Source of the DNA: Macrostomum hystrix
Lineage: Eukaryota; Animalia; Platyhelminthes
NCBI GenBank assembly: GCA_950097015.1
Contig: CATNEN010000003.1
Span: 11,160,001 to 11,224,000, forward strand
Length of the DNA: 64,000 nucleotides
Direction: 5' to 3'
Below, one piece after another: positions 23,001-32,800 of this stretch. Each line of letters opens with the position of its first letter. Within the stretch, counting starts at the first letter, position 1. A program made the position numbers and the translations under genes. The notes below the pieces were generated by a model that saw only the letters and a list, made by a program, of their open reading frames with translations, was not told the DNA's origin and did no database searches.

Positions 23001-25131
23001 TCCTGTTTCTCATCTCTCCCGTGTATAATCTCTCCCGTGTCTAATCTCTCCCGTGTCTCATCTCTCCCGTGTCTTATCTCTCCCGTGTCTTATCTCTCCC
23101 GTGTCTGATCTCTCCCGTGTCTCATCTCTCCCGTGTCTCATCTCTCCCGTGTCTAATCTCTCCCGTGTCTCATCTCTCCCGTGTCTCATCTCTCCTGTTT
23201 CTCATCTCTCCCGTGTCTAATCTCTCCCTGTCCTATCTCTCCCGTGTCTCATCTCTCCCGTGTCTAATCTCTCCCGTGTCTCATCTCTCCCGTGTCTCAT
23301 CTCTCCTCTATCTCATATTTATACAGCCAATGCGGCCCGCTGTCGTCTTTTAGGTTCTCTCTTTTGCCCGCCAGCAAATAAGTTTGCCTACCCCTGAAAT
23401 ACAATATTAATCTAGAGTGCGTACTTGGAAACTTGAAAACTTTGGGTACTTGGGTCGTATTTCAATGAAAAATCTTACTGAGTAGAGGGCAGTGTACATA
23501 CGAGCAATTTTTACGAGCAAAAAGTTTTTTAAAAACGGAAGCCCTTACCCATACAGGCTTTGACCCGAAATCACATTGGGGTCTCCCTTCAAAAGATCCA
23601 CGACGTGGTCATGACCACAGTTTTCTGCGATTCGCAGTGCAGGTTCAACCAAGCTTTGAAGACCTCGGAGCTGAACGACATTCATGAGTTTCTCCACAAC
23701 TCTGAAGTGGCCGTTCTGTGCCGCAATGTATAGAGGTGACTCGCCACTATTGAGTCGAAGATTGACGTCGGCTCGTGCTTTGATGAGTGCGTGTACCACT
23801 TCCATGTGGCCATTGCATGATGCAATGTAGAGGGGTGACTCGCCAGTATTTCTTTGAGTATTGACATCGGCTCGTGCTTTGATGAGTGAGTCGACCACCT
23901 CCTTATGGCCTTGCAGTGATGCAATGTAGAGAGGTGATACGCCAGTATTTCTTTGAAGATTGACGTCGGCTCGTGCTTTGATGAGTGAGTCCACCACCTC
24001 CTTATGGCCTTGCAGTGATGCAATGTAGAGAGGTGACTCGCCGGTATTTGTTCGAAGATTGACGTCGGCTCGTGCTTTGATGAGTGAGTCCACCACCTCC
24101 TTATGGCCTTGCAGTGATGCAATGTAGAGAGGTGAGAAGCCAGTATTTGTTCGAAGATTGACGTCGGCTCGTGCTTTGATGAGTGAGTCCACCACCTCCT
24201 TATGGCCTTGCAGTGATGCAATGTAGAGAGGTGAGAAGCCAGTATTTGTTCGAAGATTGACGTCGGCTCGTGCTTTGATGAGTGAGTCCACCACCTCCTT
24301 ATGGCCTTGCAGTGATGCAATGTAGAGAGGTGAGGAGCCAGTATTTCTTTGCAGATTGACGTCGGCTCGTGCTTTGATGAGTGAGCCCACCACCTCCTTA
24401 TGGCCATTTTGTGAGGCAATGTAGAGAGGTGAGCGGCCCTCGACTTCTTGAAGATTGACGTCGGCTCGTGCTTTGATGAGTGAGTCCACCACCTCCTTAC
24501 GGCCTGCCAGTGATGCAATGTAGAGAGGTGAGGAGCCTTGATTTTGTTGAAGATTGACGTCGGCTTGTGCTTTGATGAGTGAGTCCACTACCTCCTTATA
24601 GCCATATTGTGATGCAATGTAGAGAGGTGAGCAGCCATCGACTTCTTGTAGATTGACGTCGGCTTGTGCTTTGATGAGTGAGTCCACCACCTCCTTATGG
24701 CCATTTTGTGATGCAACGTAGAGAGGTGAGCAGCCAGTATTTGTTTGAAGATTGACGTCGGCTCGTGCTTTGATGAGTGATTTCACCAGTCGGTGGTGTC
24801 CATATTCTGATGCAATCAACAATGCTGTCGCCCCTCTCCAGTTCTGCTTGTCTACAACCGCATTGGCTCGGATGCGTCTCACCAGAATTTCATGTCTTCC
24901 GAATCGGCAAGCGAGCATTGCTGGAGTATAAAATGAGTCTTCATAGGCGATGAAGGCATCGAGGCTCCCGCCGCTGACAATGAATCGGTCAACCGGCTCC
25001 ACTCGGTCATCTCTGATGGCTGCCAGCAGCTCCTCGTCGGTGAGTTCTGCGTCTTCTTGCTGCTCTGAGGAATGAACTGAGTTCATCAGGTACACCAGGA
25101 CAGCCGTGAGTATTCTCAGCAAGGGAAACAT
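6419..25131 (-). CDS. Predicted ankyrin-repeat / tandem Mab-21 (cGAS-like receptor) protein; exons 25131-23549, 22395-22046, 11660-10241, 9716-9367, 8007-6419 (5292 nt, 1763 aa)
   Basis: All four introns are GT-AG with matching phases (2,1,2,1) and one continuous frame. Ankyrin SPLY repeats are followed by two NTase modules with GS..DxD and SYHAKT motifs. Confidence 0.65.
8340..8960 (+). mobile_element. Degenerate 3' fragment of a LINE (RT C-terminal CCHC zinc finger)
   Basis: A stop-interrupted frame reads [15 protein letters not shown]...[20 protein letters not shown], matching the FRxxxHxLxxE...CxxC..E...HFL..C tail of CR1/L2/RTEX-type ORF2. Confidence 0.6.
9367..9716 (-). CDS. Exon: N-terminal nucleotidyltransferase lobe of cGLR domain 2
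   Basis: YIQGSFSEG...SDSDVDVV motif. Acceptor ccttcag| (phase 2) and donor G|gtgag (phase 1). Length 350 nt, as in its paralog 22046-22395. Confidence 0.85.
9715..10145. repeat. 52-bp tandem repeat (~8 copies) containing the exon-4 splice acceptor
   Basis: CTCTGAAGG recurs every 52 bp (9715, 9767 ... 10131). Confidence 0.95.
10237..11660 (-). CDS. Exon: C-terminal part of cGLR/Mab-21 domain 1
   Basis: VDRVPAI (third catalytic Asp), [10 protein letters not shown] and KSYHAKT. Acceptor acttcag| precedes 11660 (phase 1). Ends either at TAA 10237-10239 or at donor CA|gtaagc (10241/10240). Confidence 0.88.
12137..12850 (+). mobile_element. Internally deleted Tc1/mariner DNA transposon
   Basis: ~90-bp imperfect TIRs (ACTCAGAAACATTAAAAACCGCCACCCTAGAGCGAGGG... 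/ ...CCCTCGCTCTAGGGTGGCGGTTTTTAATGTTGCTGAGTG). ORF 12401-12625 ([16 protein letters not shown]...[10 protein letters not shown]) resembles the Tc1 transposase N-terminal HTH region. TA flanks the left end only. Confidence 0.85.
13554..16343 (-). CDS. LINE ORF2: APE endonuclease plus reverse transcriptase, no RNase H seen
   Basis: APE motifs LNCRG, SET, GDLNA, LDL, SDH. RT motifs [31 protein letters not shown]. First ATG is at 16343, though the frame is open from 16556. Confidence 0.95.
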   Translation of the reverse strand: MHLNCRGFHPKSRELTQWVISQEIDIALFSETILKSSHTVQIPGYSIIRYDTPHVRRGLLLAHSPRVKLTNVRLHYDNVNHEAISCTVSLSDNSHGADFNLALVYRSPAPYHLNLNLLKSLVSRRRSVLLGDLNARHRFLGGDSSNNRAGHELYDWLSEGLASPTILNQVGQFTRIATKNGVTSRNVLDLGLATEDFLPFVQDFAVGPDLDSDHLPIILTLNIQSAKWAGPAKPKNFSKTDWDQFRLKISEALLPDQPTRLSSAQQIDAEVELITKAIHTVIESTVPDCGGRNALPKHILELIRERRRLRRLFNSTRDENFKRLANQMANRIKREITSFQSGKLTKLCENVVENSKNSKVKNFWHDTRKLMGKFKPSSIPTLTSGQTSAHTDLEKANLLAATLDSKMRPVPSTCEQLKQEVAEVAKFIAFYPIPADINGIATHPLEAAFTVADTVWELEHLKPDGAPGLDKIPNRVLKLGLEGVAITRITKLFNACFSQGIFPSAWKKAVVTMIPKPDKPPDNPNSYRPISLTSCLGKVFEKLIAKRLSKYLEDKNILGDDQCAYRKVHSTYDNLCRLVQDMMVAKCKAKRAAAVFLDVEAAFDSAWHDMLRSRMLNAGFPSMLTRILSDYLRNRYIQVRVNNSLSELIRILAGVPQEGILSPLLYLLYVSTMPIPENPNVKRSQFADDMAIWASADTFAGLRTCLQSYLRQVWEWCGKQGIRLNADKSKAIAFNYKPTARADLRPKLQLGQTEVPYCQEVKFLGVLLDANLCLNKHVDNMANTCRAIVMSLCRIAKITKLSSVTLKMLYRAYGESALTYGAPILTLICVTNQIKLQKIQNLALRICYGVPSYLSTEYLHKLAGMPMLSARVKQLGVAWLLKMRAARLHGFHIEPELPRAPGRVPILNVLWATLRRGQINRQNRLQIQG
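16411..19107 (-). CDS. LINE ORF1 (Gag-like): AlkB 2OG-Fe(II) dioxygenase, RGG-rich linker and three CCHC zinc knuckles
   Basis: AlkB motifs VNFY..WHADDE..QHQVP..RISLTFR. Knuckles [27 protein letters not shown] and [18 protein letters not shown] at 19107 gives 898 aa. Confidence 0.93.
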   Translation of the reverse strand: MAANRATTSKKHDGRPSLEHRYGRTEDASRKLQPKVATALMSTPTPASETSEPANSAQDRGSFSPPEGRLVIVEDEPPAVTAAPATADSNETADRMSVDEAEAAETAAQQTEAAAAPAPAPTASESAAIAQTTIPKPTAAQSDADISQIVFPDEPDFSECQQTTYAGDCTIVYAPYFLGEVADQIYQRLMADVLPLAFRHRPHEQRRVFWIGPAYTYSGVELKENQTWHPVIEDIRDFLYDDAGLEVPKFNSVLVNFYTEPEDRIPWHADDEEELGDKPTIATVSFGAERTFMLRRRDGNVTHRFQTLPGSLILMGGNCQKRLQHQVPAVRTQTGVRISLTFRVTKPELRRKRAATDDPTYSQPLDCGPFGDRQGNPGQPQDQQAERGGGGQRGARGQRGGGGQQRGSRGGGGGRQRGTRGGGGGRGAAAGAAAASATAVTGSSAASAAAAAAAASTTQAATARPYAQVASARAPLRRPQAAIPPVVFEVHRNAAGKLVAFITWLQANFAGDARAVNTAEMANQPAYLVFPATERDYNVFLGGALRQDSLLGHRVERRPARSRPLDNRTGADRVRQQPLLTFVALDVPFSFTEAEFASMLRESLKLDITSVHRIRARASGQATRYMRIFTKSRATFDQCLREGICTDFLKFSCEESRTDEPVRALQCQRCQQFGHRAAQCQVELRCRICGGSHAWKDCQHEGPATCSNCGGQHRTTSRACTVAQEEHAKATKAAAEAKAAAARAAEAAATDAPPASSAPADVSDASDSGWLMRQGRRNVPVNAAIRPLFISNDDARSRPAAETVSARCTSANEAAPSLDAGSEPQQQQQTDLKQMVSMLLPLITRSLTQVIVRALSRPPGELLTVESTSKMVEDIVRAVLQDVSGMASTATVVVGPGS
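19325..19439 (-). ncRNA. U5: U5 spliceosomal snRNA-derived sequence (~115 nt) forming the LINE 5' end
   Basis: The minus strand reads TGGTTTCTCTTCA...TAAATCTTTCGCCTTTTACTAAAGATTTCCGTGGAGAGG, with invariant loop I GCCUUUUAC. An Sm-like ATTTGTG and a 3' hairpin ACCCCATTC..GAAGGGGGT follow. Confidence 0.9.
19700..20045 (-). mobile_element. SINE-like interspersed repeat, family A (tRNA-like head)
   Basis: Homologous copy at 39270-39600 and fragments at 27450-27530, 30460-30790 and 53970-54115. Confidence 0.7.
21199..21443 (-). CDS. Extra duplicated cGLR NTase exon (alternative exon or pseudo-exon)
   Basis: AVGSFSDG...NESDIDAM is intact. Acceptor gccag| (phase 2) and donor G|gtgag (phase 1). Lacks the N-terminal helix of exon 2. 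Confidence 0.55.
22046..22395 (-). CDS. Exon: N-terminal nucleotidyltransferase lobe of cGLR domain 1
   Basis: FAVGSFSDG...NESDIDAM. Acceptor ttttccctgctcag| and donor G|gtgag. Confidence 0.87.
22499..23396. mobile_element. Non-autonomous hAT element (MITE) carrying a 16-bp minisatellite (GTGTCTCATCTCTCCC)n
   Basis: TIRs CAGGGGTCGGCAAACT / AGTTTGCCTACCCCTG. 8-bp TSD AAATACAA at 22491-22498 and 23397-23404. Confidence 0.92.
23549..25131 (-). CDS. Exon: hydrophobic N-terminus plus ~14 ankyrin repeats (11 near-identical 99-bp units)
   Basis: G[27 protein letters not shown] 33-aa repeats. Ends at GG|gtaagg donor, or at TAA 23545 if unspliced. Confidence 0.92.
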
Positions 25132-25637
25132 TTTGCAGGTGTCTGCTTCTGGGCTGGGAAAGTGGCAGATGAGCTCGAGTAGTGATCTCAGCCTTTGGCT
25201 TGAGACTTTGCTTTTGCTATCCGCTGCAGCCAACCACAAGCGTTCTTTGCTGCTGGAGTCTCATTGGCTGCTGAGCTGTTCCGAGTGAGCGGCTTGCATG
25301 TACTTGCTACGGAAAATTGTAGACAAACTTAATGCTAGTGGGCTAAGTTAGATTGTTAGTTAATCTTGTATTGGATGAGAAAGATTGAAGCGAGTTGTAG
25401 AGAGAAAATCATTTCGTATTTGTTTACGCATTCTTGGCATTGTAAGGTATTGTTATGTATTCTTGGTATTGAAAGGTATTGATATGTATTGTTGGTATTG
25501 TAAGGTTTCTGTTTCTGAGCCACCAAAATGCTTAAGCTGTCTAAGCTTTTTGGTTTTATTAGTATCGACAAAGCGTCACTTTTGCTTTCACTTTTCCCGG
25601 AATTTTTATCACAGTTTTTCAATACAGCTATGAAATT

Positions 25638-25793
25638 TTAGACTAGTTGTTGAATTTGTTGTTGAGTGTCGTTGTGCAGATTCTGGAACACGGCGTTATT
25701 GGCCTTTTGCTGTCCAGTGAGCAAGTGCTGCAGTTGTTGATTTTGCTGGCCGGCTAGACCTTCAAGTATGGTGCGAAGAGCTTCGGCGTCCAT
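25638..25793 (-). mobile_element. Possible truncated Ty3/gypsy gag N-terminus
   Basis: MDAEALRTILEGLAGQQNQQLQ resembles Q-rich gag starts. No pol or LTR was found. Confidence 0.25.
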
Positions 25794-28634
25794 CAAAATT
25801 TGTTGTTGCGCAGGCTGAGTATGCACGGTATCTTCCAGATCAGATGCAATAGGAGCAGACACGAAGTCTTTCGTAGGTGAGTCAGTAGGAGCGGAACTTC
25901 TAAATGGCGTAGGAGTGGTTGAATCGTCGAACAGCGTTCGTTGCTGTCTGGATTCCAGCCGGTCATTATCCGTAGCACTAGTATTAGCTTGATGCTTCCA
26001 GAACGAAGGAGCAAGTACGCAAGATCTGTTTCAACGGGGTGTCTGATTTTCGAACAAAAGTGAGTAACTGATACAATGAGAGAATAACTGGGCGAACTAT
26101 GGCATCAGGTACGTGTATCAACGGTCATTGGTAATCGTTTGAAGTTTAAAAATGTATTAACCAGGTTTCAATCAGTTTGTTACAATTTGTTACAAGTTGA
26201 GTTTTAGTGTGAGACTGATTAGTAGTCGCGTTATTGTTCATAAAGGTAAACGAGAGATTCAAGGCGAAGAGGCACTGTTAACGGTGAAACGATAAGCTCA
26301 AAAGAATCACAAAGGTGTAAAAGCTACTGAAAAAGGTGCATTAGCAGCGTGGCGTCTCGAAATGGTGCGCACGATGGCTTCCAGGGTGGCACTTTTCATA
26401 GCCCAGAAGTGGTTACAAAGAGGAGGAAAAGTTACTGGGTAGTGCATCAGTAACGTGGCAAAGCAAGTTGATTTTTTCGGGTAGCACATTAGCATGACAC
26501 AATGGTGAGCTGCAGACTTTAAAAGCTACTGAGACAGCGTAGCAGTAGCGTGAAGTCGCTCAAAAGCCAAGCTCGTGACTGGTAAAGCTACCACAAAGGC
26601 AGCCTGCCGAAAAAGGAAGGCGACAGCTTGTTGTAACAAGATTTTATCTCTTAACTACACTACATGTCTCTCTCTACGTACGTCGTTGAAAGAAGTGGGA
26701 AAGTCAAAGACACGGCTGAATTTACAGTTGATAGAACAAAGAGGAAGAGGCGGAGAGATAAGAGAAAAGAAGTGGAGGGTCATTGTTTATGTAGACGCCA
26801 AGCTGAAGGGTATGGCCGGGGTGGGCGAACAGTTGGCGAGGGGTGGCTGGGGAGCGGTCGTCAAGGTGAAAGAATAAACCGAAACAGCTAGAGTGGGGAG
26901 ATTGTAGTAGAATGCAGGTAGAAGATTGAGATGGCTGAGAAGCGGTTGTCAAGGCAACAGGCGTACACAGAAGAGCGTAAAACAGGATGGAGGGGTCCTA
27001 GGCGCCCAAGGACAATAGCCCTGAGCTTGGGTTGGAAGGGGGAGAGTGCCCGCACGTGTGGGCGAAATTCCTTCAACTCCCCATCCTCCCCACCCAGAGA
27101 GGATGCAACCGGGTGGTAGTGCCTCAAAAAAGAGCTGGCGTGACAACTAAAACCGAGATGGAGCTACAGCAGGGCAGCCATCCCGCTGGATGAGGATCCA
27201 GGTTTTAAAAGCAGAAGAACAAACTCATAGAAGCTGAATAATTGATGCCGCATAGTTCATCGATGCGAAGGTTTCCCGTGAATGCAAATTGAAACAGCAG
27301 TTGCAATTAGAAATAGCGATTTTCGCATAGTGTTCAGGTCGATGCCTCCCTTGGGCTTCTGTTGACACGGGGGCTGGGGTGCGGTAGCAGTAGTGTAACC
27401 CACACAGGAGATCTAGAATGATTGATGGGTTTTATTTTACATTGTACAAATCGTCAGTCAGGGCAGTTGTACACACCTGTGTGAGCGTGGTGCCTTCGTA
27501 CGGTATCTGTGTACTGGTGTGCCAAGGATGATATATAACTAATGTAATAGGGTTATTTAGATTTATATTAACTAAGATCTCACCAGCACCAAAGTTGTTC
27601 TAGGGCTTACTTCTTAGTAACTTAATAATTCCGCTAATGCCACCAAAGTTGTAACAGCTCAGGATCCCACCGCTGTTACCAAAGTTGTTCTAGGCCCGTA
27701 CATTATTAATAACTATTATCTTATCGCTGACACCAAAGTTGTTGCAGGGCTATCCTATCAATAGATAAGAATCCTATCAATAGATAAGATCTCACTGCTG
27801 TTATTACAGTCTAATATGTATTTCCTTATGCTTTAGACTAGCGGTCCTAGAATGGGCCGTTTAACTATTGAATTCCCGCGATGTTATTCTTCTCGCGAGC
27901 TTCAATACTCTAATGGTAGCGTTTACTTTACACGATCTGGTAACGTCTAGATTGCACGAGCGGTACCGATCGAGCGGTAACACGATTTAGGCAACTGAAT
28001 ATGTTTTCCAGTCAAATTAGGCGTCCCCGAGATTAGAGTTTAGTACAGTTCTTAGTATGAATGATTCTTAGTTTAATTCGTAGTACAAGTCTGAGTATTA
28101 ATCTTAGCATTCTCCTCCTTTAAAGAAATAAATAACACAATGCATTCCTTTACAAGGCACTCCTTTTTTATATCTGAACACATGCACTTCTTGATTCTTA
28201 ACTCTTTCTCAATTCAGTGACTTTAACTCCAAATAAGCAAGATGCGAGCGAGGACGCAGATGTGAAAGTTATTTTTTGCTCTGCTAGGTGTCGGTTATTT
28301 ATACTGGTAAGAAACACGCTTTGTTAAAAATGTCTAATTTTACAGAATATTGCACATACGGTAAGTATTAAAACAACGCATTCATACAGTAGAACATTCT
28401 CAGTATTATGACAAAAACGGCACCTAAAAGTGCTGGTCGCACTAAGCATGCTACTTTTAGTGATGGTTAGGCTACAATCGAAAAAATATTTTAAATCATT
28501 TAAATCATAAATCATTTCATTCGGAAATTTAGAGTAGTCAATTAGTCTAATGATTCGAGACATTGCACATGTAGAATGTTGCTACAGCACTCGAGACATT
28601 TTCGGTTGTATTTATCCCCCACTTGTCCCGGTCA

Positions 28635-29050
28635 AATAAGTCTATGGTCTATAGTGTTGAAGCATTTATTTGTCCGGGACGAAGAAATATTTATTCGTCC
28701 CGGACGAGGAAACGATTTATTTGGAACCGTTTCGATCAGAACCATAGACTGTTGAGCTATATATAGTTCTTTTTTTCCACAAGACCGAGCCAAGTTGGGG
28801 AAAAATACTATCTCCCCCGTTCATTCATTTGTCTATGGCCAGAACGACTTCAAACTCGTTTCTCTGGCCTCGGCTGCGCCTCGGCCGTGAAACAAGTTCT
28901 CAGTCGTTCTGACGGCCACAGATAAATGAATAAACGGGAGAGATTATATACTTCTTCTCTCGTCTCTACTTTCTGGCCAAACCTAAATTTCACTTATCCC
29001 TCTTATAGTCCATGCGTGCGGTAAATTCCAATCTATCTATGTCTATGGCT
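28635..29050. repeat. Foldback/palindromic non-autonomous element
   Basis: Inverted arms ~28808-28950 centred on GGCCTCGGCTGCGCCTCGGCC, and a second palindrome ~28670-28710. Confidence 0.6.
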
Positions 29051-29807
29051 AAAACCAGAAGAATGCTTTGCCCATAAATCAATAAATCTACGCACTCGAA
29101 CCCTAGAGATAAATCTACCATTGTTTCATAGTGAGAGTGAGGGACACAGAATATTTTCATAACATTCTCAGTATATATATTGATTTACGGTTATGGTAGC
29201 GATTTAATTTATGATAGCGAGCGGTTATGAAACTTTTTTGAAAAAGCAACACAATGTTAAACAAGTAGCGAACGTGTGCATTTTGTAGGCATTTCTCATT
29301 TTGGAAAATTTCGAGTTCCTTTCGGAAATCGAAAATCGACTGCTTGTATTCTCTTCTTAAGAACAGTCTTCTCAAGTAACTACTGAAAAGAAGGGCCGCT
29401 TTTTTATTTAATAATTAAGTGAAAAGGAGAAAATTCAATGTAATTAAAAAAGTTTTTTTAAATTAAATGTGAAAATTATGTTGCATTTAGAAGGATTGTA
29501 GCTGAAAATCTGATTAAAAATTACCTATAAAATGCTTAAAAATGTACTTTTAGCCAGCTTTTGAACAGCCAAGATTTCTATAATTTATAATCTCCCAGTT
29601 TCTTATAAAATTTATAGAACGTCATTTGTACTAGTTGTATCAGAAGACGCACAGTCAATATGGCACAGCCTCAGCTATTGATCTACGCTTCCAAAATTTG
29701 TACGGCTGTTCAGTCCGTGGACTTTAAGGATTTCTACCCCAGCTAGTGCTGGGACCAATTTTACAGCTGGGTAAACTATCGTTATCACAACTCCCAAACC
29801 ACAAGAG

Positions 29808-32800
29808 TTAGGAATCCTCTAATATGGTTATCGTCAGAGACCGTAACAACACAGCCAAGAACGCGAAGGAAATTTTGATTAAGCAGTCCCCAGCAGCAGC
29901 AGCGGCGGCATTGTATCCTGGACAATAGGGACATTGGAATGAACCGCAGACTTTGCAGACGTCGTTGCTGTGCAATGATCTGGCGCTGTAGATAGTAAAG
30001 TTGCCGTTGTCTGAAACACAAATGGTACTTATGGACAAAGTGCTAGGCTTGTACATTACTCCTCTTTCTGAATGAAAAGTAACAAAGTACTTTTTAGCTT
30101 CATACAAGCAAGCAAGATTTTCATTTTTAGTATATAAGACTTAAAACAGATGCTTGCGTGTCCTTAGTTCCAAGTCCAAGAACTTGTTTTAATGAAAGTT
30201 TAATTAACTTATTTACTCACTGTTCTCAAAATACTCATAAACCTGGCATGACTGTTGCACTGTGATGTTGGCTACAGGAAATCTTCTGTGTAGCGACACT
30301 GTGACGCACGTGGCCTTGGTTGATGTAAACTAAAGAAAAATGCGATCATAAATTTACTTTTTCGATGATGCGACAGTATAAAGAACAATAATGAGTGAGT
30401 GACAGGGTGGTTTCTGCCTCTCTAACTAAGGTCCCTGCGCAACTATTGCGCAACTAACGCCCTTAAGGGCCAAACCTCAAAGGCACAGTGAGAATGTACT
30501 CTGCCTGACAATGAAAAAGTCAGGGCAGATGTACACACCTGTATACATCGCGAGCGTGAGCCTGTTACCAAAATATTTTAGTGTAGAATTGCAGGAGGGC
30601 TGCGAGCAATGGCACATCATTTGGTGACACGGAATCCCCAGCCAGGTGTACATCTGGCCTGACTTTCGATTTTTCGTCGTCAGGCAGTGTACATTGTCAC
30701 TGTGCATTGGGGGTCGGCCGTCAATGGCGTAAATTGCACGACAAGTTAATATGGCCTCGCCGCGGAATCGAGCTCCGGGACTATGGTCATAACTAGAACA
30801 AGCATGGCTCACATTTGTAAAGAACAGATTGAGTGTGCCCGCGGCCTCCCAAATGTGTCGCAGGCCTCTAAAATTGGAGCTCTGCACCAGGTTTCTCAAT
30901 TCGTAGTTGCTGACATAGTAGCCGCTAGGAATGCTGTAGGATAGCACCGCCATTCCGCTAGTTTCGGAACGATCCGTCCAAAGCCACCTGAAAGTTGATG
31001 GCGATTGTACTTTTAGCGACTAAGGAAATCAGTTTGAATCACCTCAGTTTGATTATTTATCCTCGATTATCTCATCCCACTCGGGAGAGTTATTCTAAGA
31101 AACCAAAATTTACTTGTAGCCTTAAGTAGCTCGTAGTTTGAGCTCTAGTCTCAAGTATTTAGTCCCTCGCCATGGCTATAAAATTTGTACCAGCATTAGC
31201 ATCAGCTGTTGCTCGGCGCATCTGAAGGCTGTGTTCTGCTGTTCAGTCCATGGACTGGTGGGATACCACACCCACCCTCAATAAACCCAGCTAATGCTGG
31301 TACGCATTTAACAGCTGGGTAAACTGAAAAAAATGTTTCATTGGAGTTGAGAATCAAACTCCCGACCTTCAAGTTGTTGCTACAAAGACTACAATGCTAC
31401 AACCCCTTACCCCGTAAAAATGGTCAAGAATTATATTAAGGCAAGTTGTTTGTAGTTCTGTTCGCAATATTTTCGTTTGAATTTCAGCCTCATGACAACC
31501 CATTAGTAATGGGGAGGATCATGAAGGCCATGAGGGCTTCCTGTGGCATAAAACGATTTGCGCCAATTCACTGGGAATTCACTGGGACTATGCAGTAAAA
31601 CACTTAGGCAATCAAATATTTGTCAGAGAATGGAAGCCTATCATGCAGAGTCGCATGGATAATTGTAAAACAATGCCCAGGGACAATGCCAGTGACGGCA
31701 TCTGTCTAGAAAATTGCTCATGCGATAGTTGACAATTCCAACAATGCGGCACAGCTCACTGCAATGCGAGCTCCGATGAAATTCACTGAGTCATGCTGGG
31801 CACGCGGGCCTATTTTACGTCGCAGTAATTCGGAAATGTTCGATTTTTATTTCTACAGCAACGCCCCACTTCCTGCAGTTTCCATTATCCGGCCTGTATT
31901 CATGCTACGTCTGACAAGTAAGTCTTTGGGAACTTCTCTAGTCGATCTAGTCGAATTACTTATATTTACACTGATGTGCAAGTATAATGCTGACGCCTCC
32001 TGGTGACGCAGCAGCAGCACCTGCATCAGACTGCGCTCTCCTCGGTCGGCTCGGTGAGCCGCGCCCCCCGGCTGCGGCTGCAAAAGTCAGCACCAAAGTG
32101 AGACGGGGCAAGCGGAGCGTTCGGCGTCGGATTGAGAGGCGTCGTGAACGGAATCGCAGAGGCCGGCTGCGCGGATCCAACATGCGCCGCCAGCCCACCC
32201 CGTCCACTGAGGATTTGGATCTGCCGGGTGGCGCCGGAGACCATGAGGCCCAATGTCAGCGGGCCCCAGCCGTACCAAACTGCACGCTTAGATTGGCAAC
32301 CTTCAACTGCCGCACTCTGAAGGCAACCTGGCGAAGAGGATTGGTTGCCCAACTCGCCCAAGATCTGCGTTTGGACATCCTGATGTTGCAAGAGCATTCC
32401 ATCGTCAGCGGACCCAACTTGCAAGTGGAAGACCTTGGTGGCGGCTGGACACTGTTCTACACCTCCGCGGACAAGAAAGGACGTGGCGGGGTCGGTGCCC
32501 TTGTAAACCCTCGGCTGCGACAAAGCGTGCGCTGTCTCCCCCTGAGCCCCCGACTGATGCGGGTTGACATTCGCCTACGTAACCGCAACGCGCGCCTCTT
32601 CTGCGCGTACGCGCCAACAGCTGCCCACCCAGAAGAAGCTGGCAGGTTCTACGATCTCCTGTCGGCTCAACTAGAAACCATCGCGCAGCGAGACACTCTG
32701 GTGGTGCTTGGCGATCTGAATGCGGTGATGCGTCAATCCGCTAGCGCCCCTTATGTGACTTCACGCGAGAATCCAAACACTGATGCGCTGGTGAGTCTGA

